Notes under the pieces: generated by a model
Database searches by the model: none
Told to the model about the DNA's origin: nothing
Seen by the model: the letters and a program-made list of their open reading frames with translations, nothing else
Made by a program: the position numbers and the translations under genes
Shown: one piece after another, positions 54,459 through 64,000 of the stretch
Layout: every line of letters starts with the position of its first letter
How positions within the stretch are numbered: position 1 is the stretch's first letter
From: Octopus vulgaris
Lineage: Eukaryota
Reading direction: 5' to 3'
Length of the DNA: 64,000 bases
NCBI GenBank assembly: GCA_951406725.2
Contig: OX597823.1
Coordinates: 10,912,001 to 10,976,000 of the forward strand

Positions 54459-55052
54459 GAGTGAGAGAGCAGTTCATGCCATCAAAGTGACACTGGGGTA
54501 AAATATACGAAGCCCAATATACCCATCATGACTACCCGTCTGATAAGGGTACACCAGGTACACGCATCACAACCATATGTGCGCGACATGGTGATCTCAT
54601 ATCAAGATAAACAGCACATGACCTTGCAGGTGGGGCCCAGTTAGAATTTTCTTCAGGTTGAGTAACCCATCCCGCTAAAAAGGTCCCTGAATAAGGGTTG
54701 TTTAAGGATGTTGAAAGAACCACCCATGTTTCCAGAGGTGAATAATTCAAACCCCAAAGAATCCCTCTCAACACATGGCTATGATGCTCCCCCACTACTT
54801 CTGCTCGTGATCAGAGATGCACATATCGTCAGCCACTAGGGGACATGCTCAACTGGTTAAGGTCAAACAACTGACAAGCAAATCTGTGGTATTGAGGAGA
54901 ATGTTTGCTGTAGCCTATCTTTTATACCAAGACAAAACAATGTACATGATAACACTTCCAGTCAGTTAAGATCAGAAGCCATGAGAGCCACTGCCTGGTA
55001 CTGCATCAGGGCATTTATGGTACTGCATCAGGGCATTTATACTGCATCAGGG

Positions 55053-55112
<60 letters not shown>

Positions 55113-55119
55113 CATCATT

Positions 55120-55154
<35 letters not shown>

Positions 55155-55196
55155 TTTTATTATTTTTATCATGATTATTATTATTATTATTATTAA

Positions 55197-55242
<46 letters not shown>

Positions 55243-55249
55243 ATTATTA

Positions 55250-55283
<34 letters not shown>

Positions 55284-55300
55284 CATTATTATTATCATCA

Positions 55301-55373
<73 letters not shown>

Positions 55374-55403
55374 GATTATTATTATTATTACTACTATTAT
55401 TAT
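54273..55403. repeat. (ATT)n arrays 54273-54458 and 55054-55403
   Basis: Seen directly. Confidence 0.95.
54459..55053 (-). mobile_element. 595-bp non-coding element inserted in (AAT)n; possibly R4/Dong-dependent
   Basis: (ATT)n on both sides; end motif tactgcatcagggcatt repeated three times; a second fragment at about 1625 shows it is dispersed; strand and family are inferred. Confidence 0.65.
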
Positions 55404-55634
55404 TTCTGTCTGGGTGGAAAAGTTAAAAATAGAGAATTATTTTTGGGGAAGATATGAAAGAGCTGTGATGTAATGCAATAAGACCTTAATCTCTTGTTGT
55501 ATATGATGTCTGATGAAAAAACATTATCATGATTATTGATGACGGAATTTATTGTTGCTATTATCGATGCAGTCAAACATTTACTATTTTGGGGGATTTA
55601 AGAGTTAGCAATTTAAGCTTGAAAATCTTTTGCA

Positions 55635-55639
<5 letters not shown>

Positions 55640-55709
<70 letters not shown>

Positions 55710-55849
55710 CTTCTCTGTATTTCTCTCCATCCATCTTTCTACCTATCCCTTTTTTTCTTTCTGTCCATCTACCTATCTTAATTTTTCCTTTCTTCCTTTC
55801 CTTCTTTCTTTGTTTCTTTCTTTGTTCTCCTTCTTTCTCTCTTTCTTTA

Positions 55850-55880
<31 letters not shown>

Positions 55881-55988
55881 GTATTTCTCTCCATCCATCT
55901 TTCTATCTATCCCTTTTTTTCTTTCTTTCCATCTACCTATCCTCATTTTTTTCCTTTCTTCCTTTCTTTCTTTGTTCTTCTCTTTCTT

Positions 55989-56023
<35 letters not shown>

Positions 56024-56075
56024 ATTTCTCTCTCTCTCTCTCTCTTTCTTTCTCTTTCTCTTTTTCTCTCGCTCG
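55640..56075. repeat. Polypyrimidine (CT)n tract with an internal ~165-bp duplication
   Basis: ctctgtatttctctccatccatctttcta...ccatctacctatc occurs twice. Confidence 0.9.
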
Positions 56076-58470
56076 CTTGCTCCATTAAATTTTTAAATTG
56101 GTGTATATAGTGTTTAAAGAGACTGTGGTTGTTGGATGCTGTTTAGTCTCCGATGGCTCCGATGGAGAAGAGTTATAATACAAACTTACTAGCTACTAGT
56201 TCATTACTCTGAATGTCCCGAACGATCGGGCAAGTCTTTCTGCAGTCACTCGACTCGCTAGAAATAGTAACCACTTCTACCATAAATCTTACCCTACCGT
56301 CTTAAAAAGTTTGTTGTTATTACTTAATCTTAATTTGGATGTATCTGGGCACACCTATAATCGTAGATTATTTCAGCCATGACCATTCCTTCTTTTATTC
56401 ATACATAGTGTACTGGTGCATTAGTAGAAACATTCTTTACGGTATCTGGAATGACTTTCCACTTACCACGTTTAGTTTCCGCCGTTGTCATTCTTCGCCG
56501 TTCCTGAATAAAGAGACTGGCAAAATTGTTAGCTTTTTAGACCAGATGCCTTGTAAGTACTTGTCCGTGAAGAATACATTCTTAATATTTATGTAGTAGA
56601 CTTAATTCATTACCTAGTTTAACACTACCACCAAGTCCTTAGGTGACTTTACTTGAAGTTCAGTGTATTGCAGGCATTCGACCCAGGCCTCCCGTTTAAG
56701 AGAAACTTCTTTTCGCCAGTCTTGGAGGTCTTGAAATATAAAGGGCTGTGGACGTGGCTCTTACTTCTTTCACTAAACGGTTTAACAAAATACTAGTAGA
56801 GAATGACATTTTTGTGGAGAATGACTTTTTTATGGAGAATGACATTTTAAGGTATAAGGATACAATTTGAAGGAGGCGTGGTGGTTTTCTAACAAATTTC
56901 GTGATCATGTAAAATGTAAACTCGTTTCTTAATATTAATACTGGACATAATATTGGTTCTAACTTTTGGACCAAGGCCACAGTCGCAAGTGGCCTCAGTG
57001 CTCAGCTGGAGCATATTTTATACAGGCACTACTTATTTTTGATACAAGCACTAGAAGTGGGACACAAATCGGCTCCAGTACTTATTTTATTGACCCTAAA
57101 CAAAAAAAGAAATGAAACAGGATGTCGACTCTTTTCTTCCTACCCGCATTTCAACTCAGAGCATAAAGGAACAAAATTCAACGCTGCAATATATTTCCAC
57201 ATTATAGATATGTGACCTAGGCACAAGGCCTAAAAGTTAGATGAGAATTAGTACGGAGGGTATCGATCCCCGTATTTAATAGGTTCTTCAGTTTATCGAC
57301 CCCGGAAGGATGAAAGGCCAAGTCGACCTTCCACCGGGATTTGAACTAGAATGGACATAACTTAAAACTGTAAGCCATCTCTTCTGCAACTCTGATAATA
57401 CTGCTATTCGACGAGAGCGCATGAAACTCCGCATTCCAAAGCTGGAAAAAAAAAAACAGGCGCCCTCAGATGTCACAGCGATAGTTTATTGGCTGGATTG
57501 AGACGGATGCTGCCCTGTGACGTCTTTTTTGCTATTCCATACCGTCTTATAATAGTAACAACTCTTCACAGATAGTGTAATAAGCTAGTTCTATTGCTTT
57601 TCGGTGGACAATGTAACTCGATAGACTGTGTCGTTTTCAGATAACTTCTGGTTAATACTGTTTTCTCTCTTCTCAAATGCGAAGCTTTATGGCAAACCAT
57701 AATGACGTCAGCAGTTATTAAGATTTATTAAATAATACTTGGATGCCATTTATTCTATCATATGTTCCTCATTTCTTCATATTTTTATCTAATTATTCAA
57801 ATTTTCTTCTTGTAAAATATTTAAAATATGCCTTCATTTTATTAAAATTTTGTCAGAGATTCCTTGATATTCTTTTGACGATTGTTTTATATTTTGTACT
57901 GTAACATTAATATTTTATTTTCACTTCCTATCTTAAAGAATTTGGTAAACTAACTGACAAATTCTGAAGAAGCCATGTCGTTAGAGCATTAGAAAATCAA
58001 TTTCCATATCCATTAATAAATAACATTTTCAAAAGAATAAAAACACACGCTCTTGTATTGGGCTATCTGTTAGGCCGGTTACGTTGGCTTGAGCGTCTAA
58101 ATATTTATGAGTGTCAATATGAATAAGATGACTGTGAATATGGGGAAAAAGTGATGAGAATTTCGTTTTTTCTTAAGATCTGTAGCAACATATGTGAGGA
58201 TAAATAGTACTTTACAGTTTCTTGTTTGTCTTTTTCTTACCATAAAAATGATAAAACGTAAAAGTAATCCAATCAGTATTTGAATGCAAAAGGATAAACA
58301 GTGTTAATTACTAAGAAAAAGAAATGTGTATCGTCAGATAAAGGGGGAAAAGAAATAGAGAGAGAGAGAGGTAGATGAGTGAAGAGAGGTGAAGAGAGGC
58401 TAAGAGACAGAGACAGACAGACAAAAAAAAAAAGAAATACTTTGATTCTGTAACAGGATGTTTATGTGTC

Positions 58471-58504
<34 letters not shown>

Positions 58505-58888
58505 AACACACAGACATATTTATATAAACACATGCGCGCACGTGCGTAGGTCGGTAAATCCGACTCGCAGACCAATACTTGTCGTTGGCTCTTGATGACG
58601 ATGATGATGATGAGGAGGAGGAGGAGGAACGCGATCGTGATTATGGTCATGATTGATGGTGATGAATGATGATTGGTTGCAGAATTAGAATTTACAACAG
58701 CATGGAAATATGTAAAAAAAAAAAAATGATTTAAAAAAAAAAGAAATGTTATCGGCTTAGAGCTTATTAAAGTAGGTTACTTGGTTAATGTGAGGAATCT
58801 GCTCAATAAATGTGAACAATTAGGTGTAGGGTATATAATAAAAGTAAACTCAGCACATGTACTAATCTCGCAAACACATACATACATA

Positions 58889-59149
58889 CAGTAATACCTC
58901 GACTATCGCGGGTGTTACATTGTAAAAAACCCGCGATAGGTGAAAATCCGCGAAGTAGAAACAGTACTGTACTGTATTTTTTATATTAGTTTTACAATTT
59001 GTATATATTTATTTTATTATAGATGCAAAACAGCACCATCGAGGAATCGACTTAAGCTTAAATAATAAACTGCGATGGGTGAACCGCGATAGGTGAACCG
59101 CGATAGGTGAATCGCGATAGGTGAACCGCGATATGACGAGGGATTACTG
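58889..59149. mobile_element. Tigger/pogo-like MITE, 261 bp
   Basis: TIRs cagtaatacctcg / cgagggattactg; TA on left; subterminal 14-bp ggtgaa(c/t)cgcgata repeated four times. Confidence 0.8.
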
Positions 59150-59419
59150 CACATACATACATACATATATACATACATGCATAAATGCATGCTAATAATT
59201 ATTGACGCATCTGGTTGTTAGTAAACGTTTTAGGTGGCTATCTAACCCGAACTTTATAAATACAAACTTTAAACGTAACAATAACGATATGTAAAACTTT
59301 TTAAAAGTTCAACATGTAACACTTGTCGTGTCTGTTATCAAAATTCCATCGATGGAGCTTTGCTGGTTTTGTAGAAAACCTCTCTCCTCTTGGAAATAAT
59401 TTTTATTAATAAAAGGACG

Positions 59420-59451
<32 letters not shown>

Positions 59452-59462
59452 AGTATATATTA

Positions 59463-59493
<31 letters not shown>

Positions 59494-59507
59494 GTTAGTA
59501 TATATTA

Positions 59508-59538
<31 letters not shown>

Positions 59539-59542
59539 GTTA

Positions 59543-59626
<84 letters not shown>

Positions 59627-59679
59627 TAACATACACATGCTGAACCGCTGAAATCTACAAGCTTTTTCATTCTCACTCT

Positions 59680-59835
59680 GTTTATTTTCTCTTTCTCTCT
59701 TATTACTTTCTGTTGAAGAGCGTAGGCTCGAAACGTAAAAGACGTTTTCATTTTTCCCATGCGTCAAACTAATACACTTGCTTGTTGTTTATACACCTGC
59801 CTACTTCTTTTGTTTTTCTATAAATTTCAACTATA
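59680..59835 (+). mobile_element. Non-coding cassette with minimal hammerhead-like motif (family A)
   Basis: CUUU-CUGUUGA-A-GAGC-GUAG-GCUC-GAAACGUA-AAAG at 59706-59741; ends in (TA)n. Confidence 0.72.
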
Positions 59836-59841
59836 TATATA

Positions 59842-60488
59842 TCGTAGTTGTCGGTTTTATCTCGTATCCGAATATTTATTTTCTCCTTTGCCGAACGCTT
59901 TCTTTATGGTGATGGCATTGATGACTCTGTAGACCAATTCTTGCAAAGAATAGTCGATGGCATTGACTGCATGGCAACGTTTGTAGAGGACGAGGTCGAT
60001 ATTTTGTCGAGCCTTTGTCTCTTGTCGTTTGATTTTCTTCCTTTTCTCTTCTGGTGGCTTCGAAGTTTTTGGTTCCGACGGTGATGGGACACCACCATTT
60101 CATACGGTCTTGAGCTTGTATTTAAAACTATTTAGGCTCAACTCCAGTTGCATTTAGTGTTGCTTTGAGTTGGTCCTTGTATCTTCGAAGACAACAACCC
60201 CGTGGTCTTTTTCCTGAAGTAAGTTCACTGTATAATACTTGGCATGAGAACTTCGGCTCTTCCATTCTTGCTACATGTTCAGCTATTCGATACTTTGATT
60301 TTTGGCTCTTTCAAGGACTTTGTCGTTGGTCACATAGTGTTCCCATTTGATTCCCAAGATTGGACGAAGCATTTGTTGGTGAAAGCGTTCTAATTTTTGG
60401 ATGTCACGACGTTACGGTGTCCAGGTTTCGCATCCATATAGCAAGGTTGAAATGACAACAGCATTATAAACCATAATTTTCGTTAAGA
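59842..60488 (-). pseudogene. RTE-clade LINE 3' fragment (RT thumb region to C-terminal zinc-finger motif)
   Basis: - strand peptides VYNAVVISTLLYGCETWT, LERFHQQMLRPILGIKW, GKRPRG..RRYKDQLK, CSQCHRLFFARIGLQSH; contains stops and frameshifts. Confidence 0.85.
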
Positions 60489-60489
60489 T

Positions 60490-60860
60490 CTTTTGTTCTT
60501 TTACTCTTTTACTTGTTTCTGTCATGTGACTGCGGCCATACTGGAACACCGTCTTTAAGGGTTTTAGTCAAATAAATCGAACCCGGGACTTAATTTTTTA
60601 AAGCTTAGTACTTATTCTATCAGTCTCTCTTACCGAACCACTAAGTTACGGACATCGGTTGTCAAACGGTGATGGGTTGACAATCACAGATACAAACACA
60701 CACACACACACACGCATACACACACACACACATATATATATACATATATTGCGGGCTTCTTTCAGTTTCCGTTTACCAAATGCTCTCACAAGGATTCAGT
60801 CACAAGATTTGCCCAAGTTGTCACACAGTAGGACTGAACCAGGAACCTTGTGGTTGGGAA
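60490..60860 (-). mobile_element. Older OK-type SINE
   Basis: tactcttttacttgtttc.gtcat.tgactgcggccat tail through actgaaccaggaaccttgtggttgggaa. Confidence 0.82.
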
Positions 60861-61704
60861 ATGTATGTATCATATATACTGGCATATTTTCATCATTGAC
60901 AGATAAAGGGGTCATTTATGTCTCATCATACACCCTTACCTTACCTCTTGGTATGTTATGATTGATGAAGCTCATATTAACTCGTAACCTATCTAATCCA
61001 GGAGGATAGAATCCTTGTGTAATATAATCTTAATGTCACGAGATCTGTCTAGATGCGTTTGATATATAAACTTGCATCATAAACCTTAATGGGAGAATCC
61101 CTTCTCGTTACCAAAATGCGTCCCTAATTTACGAGGAGAGCTAATAAATCCAAAACATTTCGTAATTAAATGATGGGTATTATATTATTGCAATGCAAAT
61201 GCTGCTGCTGTTGTTGTTATTGTTAGTGGTGGTGGTGACCTATTAATCTCTTTTTTATGTTACCACAGTTATCTAATAAAAGCAAAAGCATATGACCCTA
61301 CTGGTTAGTGTGTGAGACTCATTACCGTTAGGTCACGGATGTGATTCCTGAAAAGGGTGTGCGTTGCACACTTAAGCAATGTATTTCCTTCCACCTTGCT
61401 CCGTTACACACGACTGAAAATGAGTAGCAGTAACATCTGGAGGTTAACACTTTCAGTCCATAGCCAGGAGAATCCATGTACTCTCAGCCTAAATGCCGGA
61501 TAAACTACGGCCTTATAAAATTGTAAGCTTCATCTTTAAATATGTGTGCATGTTGACAGTATTTATACCTACAATACGTTTCGTCGGTTTGATCTCTGAT
61601 TGTCATCAGTTGTTGCATTTCTGCATAGATGTATAAATATTGACAGAGTAGATTCAAGCAAAAATCCTTTATTTCTGAATAGAAGTCATAACAGTCTTAT
61701 ATTA

Positions 61705-62269
61705 TTGGGTTGTCCGGAAAGTTCGTGCCGATTTATAGTAGCTTACCTTTCTACTTATTTTAAAACATGGTTGAGTCCATAAAATAGGATTTGACTACAC
61801 CTCCATTTAAAGCACAGTTTAAGCTATCTTTTCGTGAAAGAAGGTTATGTTCCTATAACCTGTGTAAATTCTGTAACCCTTTAAAATGGAAGATAAGAAA
61901 GTTCATTTTCGGCACTTGATGCTTTGGGAACCAGACAAAAATTGCTGCAGCTCGGCTGGGATGTGTTACCCCACCCTCCATATTCACCAGATATTGCTCC
62001 TTTGGATTTCCACTTATTCAGGTCTCTGCAGAATAGTCTTAATGGTAAAAATTTCAATTCTTTGGATGATGTAAAAAGATACCTTGATGAATTCTTTGCT
62101 ATGAAACCACCTCAGTTCTGGGAAGAGGGTATTTTCAAGTTAAGGGAAAGATGGAGACGCATTGTGCAACAAAATGGTTCATATTTGGTTGATTAAAAAT
62201 GTAATGTCAAGTATTTATTGACCTTTTTCTTTCCTTTAAAAATCGGCACGAACTTTCCGGACAACCCAA
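61705..62269 (+). mobile_element. Internally deleted mariner (mellifera-like), 565 bp
   Basis: Perfect 30-bp TIRs ttgggttgtccggaaagttcgtgccgattt; TA at 61703-61704 and 62270-62271. Confidence 0.95.
61886..62196 (+). pseudogene. Mariner transposase with central deletion
   Basis: N-terminus MEDKKVHFRHLMLW joined out of frame to TRQKLLQLGWDVLPHPPYSPDIAPLDFHLFRSLQ...RWRRIVQQNGSYLVD*. Confidence 0.92.
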
Positions 62270-62279
62270 TATTTCATGT

Positions 62280-62450
62280 CGAGCTGGCAGAATCGTTAGC
62301 ACACCGGGCACAATGCTTAGCGGTGTTTCGTCTATCTTTACGTCGTGAGATCAAGTACCGCAGAGATCAACTTTGCCCTTCATCCTTTTGGGGTTGATAA
62401 AATAAGAAACAGTTGAGCACTGGGGTCAAATCAAACGACTTAACTACTCC
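62280..62450 (+). mobile_element. Old Nin-domain SINE
   Basis: gagctggcagaatcgttagcac...ctttgcccttcatccttttggggttgataaaataag. Confidence 0.8.
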
Positions 62451-62871
62451 AGCGTAAGAGTATAAAAGTTGCACCCTTCTGTCAAGTCATGTCGAACCGG
62501 TATGATCTCAAGCTTAAATTTACGGCATTCACATTAGACTGTAGTTGGTGCAGGCAACATGCTGAGGCATAGGCAATCAAATCCATTTAGTTATCTCATG
62601 ATGATTGGATAATGAAGCGATGAAAATATTGTTTAGATGAAAATTTTTTTTTTTTAATTAATCTCTAAATTTGAAATAAATAACCCAAAAGTAATAATTT
62701 CATGGCAGACTGGATACAAATATTTTTCTAACAGTCACAGACTGGTAAATTCTCGCAAGATATCCCTATGTACTGAACACATTTTTCTTAATCACTTAAA
62801 TTTTCCTTTCCTCTTTTTTTCATTTTTCCAAGGAGAAAGAGAGAGAGAAAGACAGAGACAGAGACAGAGAC

Positions 62872-62902
<31 letters not shown>

Positions 62903-63363
62903 AAGGGAGACAGAGAGACAGAGAGACAGAGACAGAGACAGAGACAGAGACAGAGAGATTGCCTCTGGATCTCAAAGCTTGTATTTTCGTCGCATTCATC
63001 GGCCTGCAGAAGCTGAAGCTAATCTCAGACTTCATCGACTCAACAGTTGTGCGAGACCAGGCAAAGATCATTGACATGGCTTTTTCTGCTTCAGTACTTA
63101 CAGTACGCAATTTCAAATACATTATTGGCAAATTAGTTTGATAAACCATTTTATATCCTCCCAGAACAAAACCTTGATGTTCTTATCTGTGGTAAATTCA
63201 AATTAGATTCAACATGTGTTCTTCGATTAGCAATTTATGCAGATTTATGCATATTTTGACATGAATATTGTTTTCAATTTTCTTCTTCAACTCCGAACAA
63301 GCAAACTGTCTTGATTAAATAGCAATTAACGAAGTCATTGATTTCAGTATCACTTTGTGGTTC

Positions 63364-63397
<34 letters not shown>

Positions 63398-64000
63398 CTT
63401 TTCTCTTAAAGGGCAACGACAAAGCTTTAGCTATTATTGTATATTTGAGAATCTGTTCTTTTCAACAAATTTGAATTTTTGTAAAATTCTTTGAATATTT
63501 AATTAATTATGATAGTATACCGTTAATTGAGGGTAATTTTGAATTTTAATAACTGCCACCAACAATTTGCCTAAATTAAATGGTTAACTCAAGTCATAAA
63601 GGGATCAAAATATAATATATTCTGTGAGAGAGAAATACTGGTAAACATGTATATATACTCGTTAATGCATGGATTTAAATGTTTTTGTTGTTACGCTCGG
63701 ATATAAACATATTACTAACGTTTTTAAATATGAGCTTATACCAAGATTTGTCTAACGAATAAAGGTTGAACTTTATTAATTACTCATTACGGAGGTATGT
63801 TCTTGTTTAAATCTTTTCATATCGCTATTTGCTCTCGAAATATTTGTAAATAATATAAATGTTGTCATTTAGATTTTAGAGCTGTTTCTTTTTTCTTTCT
63901 TTCGTTCTTTTCCATTTTCAATAAATATTCAATGTATTTGAGGAAGAAAAAGACGAGAAAGATACTTGATATTGTTTGTAATTAATCAACGCCAACGGAG

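Noticed and set aside
54930-55053. HDV-like or hammerhead ribozyme at the end of the AAT-embedded element
   Set aside because: The - strand has CUGAUGC rather than CUGANGA, no matching GAAA, and I could not build a nested double pseudoknot by eye.
62959-63141. 60-aa ORF as a possible host exon
   Set aside because: No recognisable domain or convincing splice-site pair; cannot be supported without RNA or homology data.

Overview
AT-rich, repeat-dense eukaryotic DNA, most likely intronic or intergenic sequence from an octopus or related coleoid cephalopod (inferred from recognisable octopus-type tRNA-derived SINEs; not database-checked). I found no intact host protein-coding gene, and nearly all long ORFs in the track are microsatellite translations. 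The window contains: a near-intact irritans-like mariner (131-1423); an internally deleted mellifera-like mariner (61705-62269); degenerate maT-like and pogo/Tigger-like transposons; several MITEs; six non-autonomous Helitron-like copies with swapped end modules; four SINE families; RTE and CR1-group LINE 3' fragments; and large microsatellites. The most interesting signals are: (1) a Nin-domain SINE whose 3' tail joins targets starting GGTA/GATA and which appears to insert into itself, in antisense (three nested hairpin loci) and in sense (tandem multimers); (2) about ten hammerhead-ribozyme-like motifs in short non-coding cassettes, mostly next to (TA)n tracts, including one complete type I hammerhead (18458-18552, minus strand); (3) recurrent fold-back palindromes at (TA)n tracts; (4) an inverted-repeat-bounded cassette joining two sequences that otherwise lie 4.9 kb apart; (5) a LINE 3' end sharing its tail with the OK-type SINE.
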